DNA from: Candidatus Iainarchaeum sp.
GTDB taxonomy: Archaea; Iainarchaeota; Iainarchaeia; Iainarchaeales; JAGVWC01
Assembly: GCA_018304465.1 (NCBI GenBank)
Contig: JAGVWC010000009.1
Location: forward strand, 64,001 to 128,000
Direction of reading: 5' to 3'
Length of the DNA: 64,000 nt
Positions 8,751 to 18,424 of this stretch are shown piece by piece. Made by a program: the position numbers and the translations under genes. The notes under the pieces were generated by a model. That model saw nothing but the letters and a program-made list of their open reading frames with translations. It was not told the DNA's origin and searched no databases. How positions within the stretch are numbered: the stretch's first letter is position 1; every line of letters starts with the position of its first letter.

Positions 8751-11700
8751 ATGCGTTTAGTTGTATTGTTTTTTATCGTCGCGATGATGGTGCCAGCGTT
8801 TGGCCAAGTCAACGTGATGGTAAATGACACCCTCGAACCGAATCAAGCGGATGATTTGCGGATCGGATTCCACATCAGTTTTGGTCGAACGCGGTATTCA
8901 GCGGATTTTACGAATAACCTGCTGGGACCCACGAATTTTGAAGATGGCGGCAATTGGGGATTGTTTCAGTATACTGGAGAATGGGGGCTTTCGTCCAATC
9001 CGTCCGGAGTAACGCTTTCATTGGATTCTTCCGCCGGAAATTTCATGCATGGAAAATCAAGCCAGAAAATCGCGGTGACGTCGGGTTCCGCGGTTCCGCT
9101 GAGCATGGGACAATACCAATCGTATAAAGAATTTCAGGTCGGGCCCACGTACGAGTTTTCGTGTTATATGAAACAACAGGGATTAACGCAAAATCCGCGG
9201 CTTCGAATCAGGTATCAGTGTCCGGAAGGACTCGTGGACCGATTTGAGGAATTTCCCGTATCGGATTCGTGGCAAAAATACGCGTTTCGTTTTTCGTTTA
9301 ACCAAAAATGCGCTCCGGCGGACCCCATTCAGGGAAGCGGAAGCAGCACCCGCGTCGATGTATTGAGCACCGGAACGCTTTGGGTGGACAGTTGCCAGTT
9401 GGTGGACCTAAACGATACCACGGACTGGGGGTTGTCGGCGCGGATGATTGAAGCCGTCAAAAAACTTCGCCCGGGAACGATTCGTTGGGGCGGACTCAGC
9501 GCAAACCCGATCGCGCCAAACAACATTATGGTGTCAAACCCTTTCGAAGCGACGTTGTATCAATCCGCGACCGGGGGATACGGCAGTCAGACCATGACTT
9601 TGAACCAGTTCATGAAACTGACCCAATTATCCGGAGCGGATCCGCAATGGGTGCTTTCCCAGCGGTTTTCGATGCAGGATCACACGAATTTTTTCGAGTA
9701 TTTGTTCGGCCCCGAATCGTCGGTGTACGGAAGCAAACGCACGGCGGATGGATACGGACCTTGGACCGGAAAATTCAAAAACTGGTTTTTCGAACTGGGA
9801 AACGAATTGCTGTGCTGTCCGTCGGATTCGTGCACGCCGCTTGCCTCGGGAGCCCCGTTGTGCGCGAATGGTTCGAACCAACTGCTGACCGCGGGCCCGT
9901 ACGCGGACTGGTCAACGGCACGCATCAACCATTTGAAAAACAATCCGCATTGGGATTTAAGCAAAATGAAAGTGGGTTTTGGAACCTGGTATTTTGGAAA
10001 AGAAGCGTACTCGCGTTTGACGTTAACTGAAGAAGCCGCGAACACCAACGGCGGAAAAGGGGATTTTTTGTTGACGGCCGAGTATTATCCGGATAACCCT
10101 TCTGCGTATTACACCACTCCAACCACCAATGCGAGCAAAAACCCGTTTTCTAATGCCACGGATTACTATAATGTGATCATGGGCGAGTCGGCGTACGGCG
10201 AAAAAATCCTGCAATATCACTTGGCGCTCTCGCAAGCCAGTTACACCAAACAATTACCCTATGGTTTTTATGAAGCGGGCGCAGCGGGAACCAAAACCGC
10301 GGGAACCCAGTTCAATCTGGAAACCTCGCAGGGGTTCGGAATATCCGCAGTGGATTTGGCGGTTAACATGCGCCGCATCGGCATGCTGATGATGGGCAGT
10401 TTCGCGTTAAACGGATTGGGTTGGAGCTGGGGATACATGGATAATTACCCCGTGCTCAAAAAACGGCCCAGCTATTATTTGTCGGAAATGTACGGGAGTT
10501 TTACCCGCGGAAAAATGCTGACCACGACGTTGTCCGGAAACATCATGACGTTTGATCCGTACGGTCCTGCCGCCGGCAGCGTGACCATTCCGGGAATGGA
10601 ACGATATCCGCAAACGTATCCGCAAGACGTGCCCGAAATCGCGGTGTACCCATTCAAATACAATAACCGGTATTCGTTTTTGATCATTAACCGAAGCCAA
10701 ACCAACACGATTCCGGTCAGCTTAAGCCTGCCGTACTCGCCGTCGAGTACGGCGCAGATTCATTTCGTGACGGCGGATTCGATCCAGGCCAACAATAACA
10801 CAACGGAAACCGTGAAACTACAGCACCAAACCGTTTCGAATTTTTCGAATAATTACACGGTGCAAGCCAAACCGTTTTCGGCGTACGTCGTCGTTAATTA
10901 CGCGGCGTCCACCACGGTTTGTTTGGATGAAGACCAAGACGGGTACGGAGCAAACGAATACGAAATCGCGCAATGTTCCGCTTCGACCACCAAAGTGGAT
11001 TGTGATGACGTGAATCCCCGCATCAAACCCGATAACTCAAACGCGTTTTGCGACTGTAATCCTTCGGATGGATATTACATCGGCGGATTCGAAATCACGG
11101 ACAGCATCGACAATGATTGCGACGGAACCGTGGATGACTTGAACGGACCGGTTCAGCCGCCGGTTTGTCTTGATTCCGATCATGACAATTACACGAGCGC
11201 CACCTGCGGCGGATCCGACTGCGACGATTCCAACGCGTCGATTCATCCGAACCAGACGGAAGTGTGCTCGGATTTGCGGGACAATGATTGCAACGGAAAA
11301 TCGGATTGTAACGACGCGTCGTGCAGTCAGTTTCCCGCGTGTCTCCAGCTTACCTGTACGGACGCGGATAACGACGGTTACGGCAGCGCGAATCTTTCGC
11401 AATGCGCGAATTCCCAGTTGGATTGCGTGGACACGAATGCCTTGATTAATCCCGGAAGAACCGAAGTCTGTGGAAACGGAGTGGATGAAGACTGTAACGC
11501 CGCAAACGATTTGTGCCCCGCGGGGCCCGCATGCACGCTGAACGCGGATTGTAATTCGGGTTTTTTGTGTTGCAATAGCGCATGTCGGGTCAGCGCGTGT
11601 ACTTCGGATGCCAATTGTAGCGCTGGAAAACGATGCGAAAACCCGGGTACTTGCGCCGCGACTTGCGTCACCGCGCCGCTTCCACCCGTGTGTACGGTGG

Positions 11701-12509
11701 ACGCCAATTGTAGTGGTGGAAAATTGTGTTGTAGCGGCGCGTGCATCACTGCGGCCTGCAGTTCTACCACGCCTTGTCCAACCGGATTCGAATGCAAAGA
11801 AACTGGGTCCTGCGGAGCATATTGTTCGTTGATTCCGTTGAAAAAATTCAAGATTACGACCCCCGCGTTTTTGGTGAACGGCCAGTCCTTTACCGTGAAT
11901 GTAAAAGACGAACTGGGAACCGTTTTGTCCGGAGTACGCGTACAGTACGGAGATGAGAACAAACAAACCGATGGAAATGGATCGGTTTCGTTTGTGGCTA
12001 AAACGGGTAAAACCGTTGTGGAAGTGGCCAAAGACGGGTATCAAACCGCAAAAATCGTAAAATTCATCAAATCCAGCGGAAGCGCGGGACCCAACAACCC
12101 GGTTTCAACGGTTGCGGGAGAAATCCAGTTATCCTTGGTGGATGAAAATATTTTCGTGAATGAAGAATTTGTCGTGATTGTTACGGACGATAATGGCTCG
12201 CCGCTTCCAAACGCCACGATTCGATACGGAAATCAAACAAAGCAAACGGATGAAGAAGGAACCGTTACCCTGACCGCACAAAAAAATGTGGTGGCGATTA
12301 CCGCTTCGAGCGGAGCCAAACGCAGTTCGTTAACTATTTTTCCAAAAACAAACCCTGTGACCCCGGATGGCGGAGAAGAACCGCAACCGGAACCCGGTGC
12401 GATTGACTGGATTGCCGTTGTCGGCGGCATCGCGGTAGTCTTGTTTTTGATCGTGTTGGGTTTACGCGTGTATTACATGGTTCGAAGAAACCAGCCCGCT
12501 AATCCGTGA
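8751..12509 (+). CDS. Membrane-anchored surface glycoside hydrolase (clan GH-A, GH51-like) with CBM-like N-domain, Cys/Asp metal-binding repeats and Ig-like domains
   Basis: Signal peptide; LRPGTIRWGG, FELGNE, FYEAG; repeated DCDDxNxxIHP...EVC.DxxDNDCxG; C-terminal TM followed by RR. Confidence 0.75.
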   Translation: MRLVVLFFIVAMMVPAFGQVNVMVNDTLEPNQADDLRIGFHISFGRTRYSADFTNNLLGPTNFEDGGNWGLFQYTGEWGLSSNPSGVTLSLDSSAGNFMHGKSSQKIAVTSGSAVPLSMGQYQSYKEFQVGPTYEFSCYMKQQGLTQNPRLRIRYQCPEGLVDRFEEFPVSDSWQKYAFRFSFNQKCAPADPIQGSGSSTRVDVLSTGTLWVDSCQLVDLNDTTDWGLSARMIEAVKKLRPGTIRWGGLSANPIAPNNIMVSNPFEATLYQSATGGYGSQTMTLNQFMKLTQLSGADPQWVLSQRFSMQDHTNFFEYLFGPESSVYGSKRTADGYGPWTGKFKNWFFELGNELLCCPSDSCTPLASGAPLCANGSNQLLTAGPYADWSTARINHLKNNPHWDLSKMKVGFGTWYFGKEAYSRLTLTEEAANTNGGKGDFLLTAEYYPDNPSAYYTTPTTNASKNPFSNATDYYNVIMGESAYGEKILQYHLALSQASYTKQLPYGFYEAGAAGTKTAGTQFNLETSQGFGISAVDLAVNMRRIGMLMMGSFALNGLGWSWGYMDNYPVLKKRPSYYLSEMYGSFTRGKMLTTTLSGNIMTFDPYGPAAGSVTIPGMERYPQTYPQDVPEIAVYPFKYNNRYSFLIINRSQTNTIPVSLSLPYSPSSTAQIHFVTADSIQANNNTTETVKLQHQTVSNFSNNYTVQAKPFSAYVVVNYAASTTVCLDEDQDGYGANEYEIAQCSASTTKVDCDDVNPRIKPDNSNAFCDCNPSDGYYIGGFEITDSIDNDCDGTVDDLNGPVQPPVCLDSDHDNYTSATCGGSDCDDSNASIHPNQTEVCSDLRDNDCNGKSDCNDASCSQFPACLQLTCTDADNDGYGSANLSQCANSQLDCVDTNALINPGRTEVCGNGVDEDCNAANDLCPAGPACTLNADCNSGFLCCNSACRVSACTSDANCSAGKRCENPGTCAATCVTAPLPPVCTVDANCSGGKLCCSGACITAACSSTTPCPTGFECKETGSCGAYCSLIPLKKFKITTPAFLVNGQSFTVNVKDELGTVLSGVRVQYGDENKQTDGNGSVSFVAKTGKTVVEVAKDGYQTAKIVKFIKSSGSAGPNNPVSTVAGEIQLSLVDENIFVNEEFVVIVTDDNGSPLPNATIRYGNQTKQTDEEGTVTLTAQKNVVAITASSGAKRSSLTIFPKTNPVTPDGGEEPQPEPGAIDWIAVVGGIAVVLFLIVLGLRVYYMVRRNQPANP

Positions 12510-13248
12510 ACCGTTGTGAAAGCGCGTGGAATTCGTGTTCCCACAGTTCTTTTGGAAACGTCACGGGTCCCAGCGGAAGAAAACCGGTAGTAAACAATCC
12601 TGTTTGGTCGAGCTGTTTTCCGAACACGAATTCGAAGTACCCGGGCAAATGCGCGTATTCGCGGATGACCATGCGAATGTGGTACGGTGACAGGAATTTT
12701 CCGTGATGTGACAATAATTCGAATTCGTGGCTTGCGAAAAAATCGAGAAAACCGTGAAGAGATTCTTTGGGCTGGGATAATTCGCGTTGGTTGGATACGC
12801 CGGGCTTGTGAAGGGATTCGCACACGATGTTTCCGGCGCCATCCGAAAAAACGCTTCCGACAAAACCGTTTCCCGGATTCGTGATCTGGGTCGTGACCAG
12901 ATAAGAATAATCCAACAGAACCGACGGGTTGTTGGCGATCCATTTTTCGACTTCCGAAAACGATTTTACGCCAAACAAGTATCCTTTGGTTAATTGCGGC
13001 GTGCGTTCTCGGTCCGAGGGTTCAAAAATAAACAAGCATGGAGAAAACTGGTTGACGAATACGCGTATTTTTTCCTGCAACTGCAAAAGATCCGACGGGT
13101 TTTTAGGGGAAAAAGATTCCCATTTCACGGTTGAAAGACCCAACGCCAGAATTTTTTCATAAACGTCGGTCGTTGAAGCCGCGTTTTGAATCGATTTGTT
13201 TTGACCCGCTTTTTGCAACGCGTTTTCCCATTGATTCCACGTGGCCAT
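12499..13248 (-). CDS. Hypothetical protein, weakly ATP-grasp/PEP-synthase N-domain-like
   Basis: 249-aa ORF; YLVTTQI...GSVFSD...IVCES...YFEFVFG pattern judged by eye. Confidence 0.6.
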   Translation of the reverse strand: MATWNQWENALQKAGQNKSIQNAASTTDVYEKILALGLSTVKWESFSPKNPSDLLQLQEKIRVFVNQFSPCLFIFEPSDRERTPQLTKGYLFGVKSFSEVEKWIANNPSVLLDYSYLVTTQITNPGNGFVGSVFSDGAGNIVCESLHKPGVSNQRELSQPKESLHGFLDFFASHEFELLSHHGKFLSPYHIRMVIREYAHLPGYFEFVFGKQLDQTGLFTTGFLPLGPVTFPKELWEHEFHALSQRFTD

Positions 13249-13387
13249 ATCGTTTTTTCGAAGACCAAAAAATTATTAATTCAGTTGACTGGTTCAACCT
13301 TTGGATCCGAAGGAAAAATTTTCGAAAAAATCCTTTTCAACCAAAAACCGTTTTTTTAACAGGGTTGATTCGATGTCGTTCCCTTTG

Positions 13388-14191
13388 TCAGTTTCTTTTC
13401 ATGCGCGATTTTTTCAGCGCTTTTGTTCTAGAGCAGCCCATTTCTTTTAGCCAGCGCGCTTTGAGGCTCGCATGATCCTGGAAAAATCCAGAATGATAAT
13501 TTGGATTGGGGCGAAAAATGTCGATTTCCTGCCAAAACAGGCTGGTGTCCAAAAGGGGGCGCAAGCTTGCCGCCGCGACCTGATAGCAACGCAGCCAGTA
13601 ACGTTTGTCGGCAAATGGACGCTCGCCGTGTTTTTCCGTGCTGCCAACATTGATGAATACGCCACGCACGTTCCCTCGAACTTGGTTTCGAATATATTCG
13701 CGGAGCAGGTTCTTGGATTTTGAGTAGGATTGCCACCATGGAACGACAAAACGGTCACTGATTGATCCGAAGGCGCACAGCGTCAGGACGTTTTTTTTTC
13801 TCTTACCCCAAGATTTTGCTCGCTTCAGAAGTGGCTCTGTCAAGTTTTTGAATCCAGAAAAATTACTGGAAAAGACGTCGTCGTCAATGCCATCGCGATC
13901 CGCATCATATTTGGGCCGTCCGGTCTTTTCGAAAAAGAATGGTCCAATGGCATATACCAGTATGATTTCACGATAATGCCGAAGCGGAAGATCGGAAATG
14001 AACCGTTCGGAACTCTGGGAATCAAGAACGTTCACCGCATACAGGTTTTTTTTTGGATCCGCGGTGTTTTGGGAAATACCGACACATTGTGTGTTCGGAA
14101 GCGAACCTAGAAAACGCGAAAACGTTTCACCCATCTTGCCGCGTGCGCCGGCGACAATAACGAGTCGAAAGGATTCTTTTGCTTGCGCCAT
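13388..14191 (-). CDS. Divergent SDR / NAD(P)-binding Rossmann protein
   Basis: VIVAGARGKMG glycine motif, GSISD, YSKSK (YxxxK). Confidence 0.7.
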   Translation of the reverse strand: MAQAKESFRLVIVAGARGKMGETFSRFLGSLPNTQCVGISQNTADPKKNLYAVNVLDSQSSERFISDLPLRHYREIILVYAIGPFFFEKTGRPKYDADRDGIDDDVFSSNFSGFKNLTEPLLKRAKSWGKRKKNVLTLCAFGSISDRFVVPWWQSYSKSKNLLREYIRNQVRGNVRGVFINVGSTEKHGERPFADKRYWLRCYQVAAASLRPLLDTSLFWQEIDIFRPNPNYHSGFFQDHASLKARWLKEMGCSRTKALKKSRMKRN

Positions 14192-14281
14192 ACTTAAATT
14201 CGGTTATCTTCCCTATTCTACTTCCCGTTCAAGCGGTTTTTAACCGTTTAGTTTAAATTGTTCGACAGGCCACTTGTTCTA

Positions 14282-15136
14282 ATGCCCTTGGAATTTGTCT
14301 TGCCATTCGGAAAAAAAAGCGGCCTGAAAAACTTGATTTTCAGCATTCTGGCCAATGAACACCCCTTGCGTCTCATCAACCTGGTTACGCGTATCCGTCG
14401 ACGGTACGGAAAAGAGGTTTCGTTCCAAGCCGTGCGCAAAGCGGTGCTTGGACTCGTAGAGGAAGGTATTTTGGTGCGCGAGGAAAACAGGTATTCAATT
14501 GACAAGGCATGGTTGCGCGGAATCAAACAGTCAGTTGACGCATTGTACGCGGACCTGAACGAGGAAAAAAGCACCGCAAAGCGGACGGAATCGATTCGAG
14601 GAGAAGTATCGATTTTTTCCTTCGATTCGCTTAACTCCATGGTGTTGTTTTGGCAAGATATAATTTCGAACTGGTTTTCATCCTTCAAAAAAGGTGATTA
14701 CAACATGAATTGCTACCAGGCCGCACATGCATGGGAAAGCTTACTTCACTTGGAACGCGAAAAGACGGTAATGGGCCAGTTGCGCAAAAAGAGAATCAAA
14801 AGCGTGATTGTCTGTATGGGCAATACGCCATTAGACCACAACATCATGCGTTTTTACAAAAAAATCGGGGTCAAAATGGTCATTCGACCGTCATTTTCGC
14901 AGTTTGATCGTGGGCATTATTTGGCAACATACGGCGATCTCGTAGTGCAAACCCAGTACCCGGGCGAAATTATGCGCGCCCTTGAACGCTTTTTCAAGAA
15001 AAACAAGTCTCTTGAAGACCTTGACCTGAAAGCATTGTCGGACATCGCCAACCAAAAATGCGCCTTGAAACTCACGGTAATCAAAAACCTTGAAATGGCA
15101 CGACAACTCAATCGTTCGATTATGGCCGTGCCTTAA
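14282..15136 (+). CDS. Putative transcriptional regulator (winged HTH plus effector domain)
   Basis: N-terminal IFSILANEHPL...VSFQAVRKAVLGLVEEGIL wHTH; divergent from the SDR gene. Confidence 0.65.
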   Translation: MPLEFVLPFGKKSGLKNLIFSILANEHPLRLINLVTRIRRRYGKEVSFQAVRKAVLGLVEEGILVREENRYSIDKAWLRGIKQSVDALYADLNEEKSTAKRTESIRGEVSIFSFDSLNSMVLFWQDIISNWFSSFKKGDYNMNCYQAAHAWESLLHLEREKTVMGQLRKKRIKSVIVCMGNTPLDHNIMRFYKKIGVKMVIRPSFSQFDRGHYLATYGDLVVQTQYPGEIMRALERFFKKNKSLEDLDLKALSDIANQKCALKLTVIKNLEMARQLNRSIMAVP

Positions 15137-15179
15137 TTGAAAAAAAAAGCACGGTTGAAGGGATATGACTTTTACAGCA

Positions 15180-15193
15180 TTAGCCCCGGAGAA
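15180..15193. repeat. Degenerate copy of tRNA-Gln 3' end (att-like site 5)
   Basis: TTAGCCCCGGAGAA vs TTAGCCCCAGAGAG at 27332-27345; intergenic; preceded by GACTTTT like sites 2 and 3. Confidence 0.7.
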
Positions 15194-15257
15194 AATACAT
15201 CTGAAACTGTGCAAAAAAGAGTTTCCGAAACAAATTCTCCAGGCACTTGGAAATTGA

Positions 15258-16328
15258 TCAGGGATAAAAATCGATTCGCGGATCAACAAACTTTTTCCAG
15301 TATTCCTTTTTTTCCGTCACATTTTGCGGAACGGTGTAAATATCCGAGCGGAGAGGCTTTCCCGCCACACTTTCTTTCATAGCGCGGGTCGGCTTCCAGT
15401 CCAAGCCAATTTTTTTCATCGCTTTTTGAAACAGATAACATCGGAGTTCAAGCATTTTTTGTTTCAGTTTTTCCTTGTCCAAACCTGCAAGTCGTTCCCA
15501 CTGTGCGACCGAAAAATCAGACAACACCATTTCCAATTCTCGGATTTTTTCAAACGGAACTGGCTTTTTATCCAGCAACACCGCCCAATGAGTCAGCCCG
15601 TTAATTGGGTCGCCCTCATATGCGCTGTGTGCAGAGACGGTATCTATTTTGATTCGCACGTTTTCGTAGACACAAAAAATTTGTAGGTCTTTTCCCGGCA
15701 ATGCGCTCGCTTGAGGCCAAAGTTCTGTTGCCTTTAAATTTAACACTTCTTTTATTGCCAACGAGTGGTTTTTCCCGAATACGTTCGTGGCATCATACGG
15801 ACCGTTGACTTCGATCCCAAAATCAGTGTAAATGTCTGAGTACAACCCGTTAATGACGTGGTATCCGGCCATATACAACCGTCCTAATTGGCGTGCGATG
15901 TCGGGAGTGGCTTTCAAAAATGCGATTTCTTTAAGCATTTTTTGAATTTCGTCTTCCGAATAGACTGAATTGATTCCATCTACGCAAAATGGGTTGGAGT
16001 GGCGTTGTATATTGTTGATTTCATAAAAAAATTCAACCAATTCCAGTCTTTTTTTTTTGCTAATCTTCGCGAGTTTCAATTCCGTTGTGAGAAAGAAAAG
16101 TTGGGTGCTGAGCGCGCTTGGATTTGGAAACAATTTGGCCAATTCTTTCTTGCTCAGTCCGCTTTCGTCGCATTTTTTCTTCAAGTTTGCCAAGAAGTCA
16201 ATCCATTCTTTTGCGTATAAGGAGTGCATGGCAATAAAATCAACTGGCTGAAGCGTAGTCGTATCCATCCCGACAAGTGCGTCCGAAAATCCGTCCACCA
16301 GTGGGTCTAACCAGGCATCATTTTTCAA
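15258..16328 (-). CDS. Hypothetical protein co-transcribed with the PEP-utilizer domain gene
   Basis: Long ORF; TTG start overlapping upstream stop; start position uncertain. Confidence 0.75.
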   Translation of the reverse strand: MKNDAWLDPLVDGFSDALVGMDTTTLQPVDFIAMHSLYAKEWIDFLANLKKKCDESGLSKKELAKLFPNPSALSTQLFFLTTELKLAKISKKKRLELVEFFYEINNIQRHSNPFCVDGINSVYSEDEIQKMLKEIAFLKATPDIARQLGRLYMAGYHVINGLYSDIYTDFGIEVNGPYDATNVFGKNHSLAIKEVLNLKATELWPQASALPGKDLQIFCVYENVRIKIDTVSAHSAYEGDPINGLTHWAVLLDKKPVPFEKIRELEMVLSDFSVAQWERLAGLDKEKLKQKMLELRCYLFQKAMKKIGLDWKPTRAMKESVAGKPLRSDIYTVPQNVTEKKEYWKKFVDPRIDFYP

Positions 16329-16647
16329 GCGCAAACACTTCCCCGGTTTTTCCATCCATTTCAACCAGTTGTCCGTTTCGAAGGCGTACCGTCGCATCTC
16401 TTGTTCCAACCACACAAGGGATTCCCATCTCACGCGCAACAATAGCAGGATGGGACATCATAGCCCCGATATCGCAAATAATTCCGCCCGCTTTTGACAT
16501 GAGCGGAACCATTGTTGGATCAGTAATTCGCGTGACGAGGATATCGCCGTTTTGAAAAGACGGCCAGTCGGTTTTTTCCAGGATGACCTTTACTTTCCCC
16601 CTTATTTTTCCAGAACTTACCCCAACACCCTGTAAAATTTTTTCCAA
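16318..16647 (-). CDS. Stand-alone PEP-utilizing enzyme mobile (phosphohistidine swivel) domain
   Basis: GDILVTRITDP, SHPAIVAREMGIPCVVG, VEMDGKTGEV. Confidence 0.9.
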   Translation of the reverse strand: MEKILQGVGVSSGKIRGKVKVILEKTDWPSFQNGDILVTRITDPTMVPLMSKAGGIICDIGAMMSHPAIVAREMGIPCVVGTRDATVRLRNGQLVEMDGKTGEVFALEK

Positions 16648-16658
16648 ACAACCACCCC

Positions 16659-17408
16659 TTATTTTCGCACTTGAATCGTTCTACGCGTTCCGTCACTGTA
16701 GACGAGTTGAATAACGCTTTGTCCTCGTTGTAATGCCTTGCCTACCGGTACTTTTCTTCCGGTAAGCGCTTCAACGGCATAATCTACTTGGATTGGAATT
16801 CCCTTTTCCCCGCCGTGACTCACGAAATTCAAAAAATAAACCGGAGAACCTCTGGTTAATTCTTTTCCGTGTAATCGAAAAATATCTGCAACCTCGGTCA
16901 CTTGGTGCATTTTTTCTCGCACACGCGCTTGGGATTCAAAACTTGGTACGGATTTACCGGCTCCGTATTGTTCCATTTTTCCGATAATATTTTGCTGGGC
17001 CTTTCTTGTTTTTGGATACTGTCGAAATCGTTTGTCCGTATTAACAAGGGCCAAACTTGGATTTTGAACGTGATGATGTCCTTGTACGTGAATGCCCTCA
17101 TCTGAAAGTTTTGCGGAAATACCCAAAAAGTTGGCTTGGTCTGTTTCGACCGCGCGTTGTAATGGAGAAGCGATTCCGGTATAGAAAAGGCCGCGTGCTC
17201 TAATCTGACGCCAGATGCTTGGATTTCGCTTTAAAACTTCTATGAAACGCTCGCCATGACGTGTTGCATGTGCAAGACCGGGCAAGCTAAGAGGATATTG
17301 ATTTTCGTTTGCCCAACGTCCCGGTTGCATGATGGCTCGGTCATGTCGCGTGACGGCAAAAATTCCAACCAAACGTTTGGAAGACGCAGTCCTCTTTATC
17401 GGCTTCAA
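16659..17408 (-). CDS. Divergent histidine phosphatase (PGM-like) superfamily protein
   Basis: VTRHD (RHG variant), LSLPG, ASPLQRAVET, FVSHGG. Confidence 0.65.
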   Translation of the reverse strand: MKPIKRTASSKRLVGIFAVTRHDRAIMQPGRWANENQYPLSLPGLAHATRHGERFIEVLKRNPSIWRQIRARGLFYTGIASPLQRAVETDQANFLGISAKLSDEGIHVQGHHHVQNPSLALVNTDKRFRQYPKTRKAQQNIIGKMEQYGAGKSVPSFESQARVREKMHQVTEVADIFRLHGKELTRGSPVYFLNFVSHGGEKGIPIQVDYAVEALTGRKVPVGKALQRGQSVIQLVYSDGTRRTIQVRK

Positions 17409-17454
17409 CGGTGCTCACCTTGACAATTTATTCAATAAACCTGCAAAGGCTTTT

Positions 17455-17660
17455 TTAAGGTGCTTTTCCCAACTTTGGTTGAAGCGCCAGTAAAATCGCT
17501 TTTGTTTGTTATTCCAGTGCCGCCATGCGCGCTTCGAGCTCTTTTTCTCGGCCCAGTTTTTCGGCCACGACCTTTGGATTGATTGAGATGCCGCAGGTCG
17601 GACAAACCCTGGTGATTTTTTTTGGGTTACGAATACCACAAAATCTGAAATATGCGGAAA
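17455..17660 (-). pseudogene. Remnant of a zinc-ribbon plus coiled-coil C-terminus, as in archaeal tyrosine integrases
   Basis: Minus frame FRFCGIRNPKKITRVCPTCGISINPKVVAEKLGREKELEARMAALE*QTKAILLALQPK; internal TAA at 17509-17511; no start codon. Confidence 0.5.
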
Positions 17661-17674
17661 AAATTGTTTCGGGG

Positions 17675-18121
17675 TTAGGGTTGAGAATGATGTGTGAGGA
17701 AGTCTCTCGGCGATACGACCTTGATTTTTTGCAATTCTTTTATCTTGAGCACGTTCTTGTCTCCGCTAATTAAAAAATCTGCATTAGCAGTTAGAGCGCA
17801 ATGAAAAAACTTGTCATCGTCGGGGTCTTCTGGCACGACTTTCGGCAAATACTTGGGTTGCACAAAAGCTGATTTTTGCTCGAAAGCCGCAAGCGCAAAA
17901 TCTCGAAATTCAACGGATGCGTACTTGGCGATTGCGTCGCGACCTAACACCCCCCTGATTTCACCCAAGATTTCTTCAGTCGCAAAGTTCTGGATTTTGT
18001 CAGAAAGCAACAACTTGAAAATATTGGCAGGCGGGCTTTCGCGCGACAACACAGCCGAAATAATGACGTTGGTGTCCAGTACCACATTAGGCTTTCTTTC
18101 GGGTTTTTCGGATAACGTCAT
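17675..18121 (-). CDS. PIN-domain toxin (VapC-like, PIN_3 type)
   Basis: VVLDTNVIISA, EILGEI, DPDDDKFFHCA, LISGDKNVL. Confidence 0.9.
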   Translation of the reverse strand: MTLSEKPERKPNVVLDTNVIISAVLSRESPPANIFKLLLSDKIQNFATEEILGEIRGVLGRDAIAKYASVEFRDFALAAFEQKSAFVQPKYLPKVVPEDPDDDKFFHCALTANADFLISGDKNVLKIKELQKIKVVSPRDFLTHHSQP

Positions 18122-18344
18122 TGATTTCTTCCTCGGTAAACTTGTTTTTGACGCCGGCACGCAAACGCTGGAATTCGGATACCAATTTCTGTGTATTCAT
18201 TTTCTTTAAAACAATAGTGTTCTTGTCCAACGGAGAAACCGTAAAAATCGTCTCCGATTCGGATTCCGTGAATTCACGCGTTTTTTTCGGAATAACAAGC
18301 TGGCCCTTAGTGGACATACGAGTCGTTTCAACAATTGTTTCCAT
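18087..18344 (-). CDS. AbrB/MazE/SpoVT family antitoxin
   Basis: TRMSTKGQLVIPK; GGTGA RBS; directly upstream of and overlapping the PIN gene. Confidence 0.88.
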   Translation of the reverse strand: METIVETTRMSTKGQLVIPKKTREFTESESETIFTVSPLDKNTIVLKKMNTQKLVSEFQRLRAGVKNKFTEEEINDVIRKTRKKA

Positions 18345-18402
18345 TCGTTTCACCCTGATACTATTAAAGGACAACCAATTTTTAAAACTTCTTAAAAGTA
18401 GG

Positions 18403-18424
18403 AAAATCTTAAAAGTAAGATTTT
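18403..18424. promoter_or_regulatory. Inverted repeat, probable TA autoregulatory operator
   Basis: AAAATCTTA-AAAG-TAAGATTTT; CTTAAAAGTA also repeated at 18391-18400; upstream of abrB. Confidence 0.5.

Noticed and set aside
10930-11830. Repetitive DNA in the Cys-rich region
   Set aside because: Protein-level repeats with diverged codons, not a DNA repeat element
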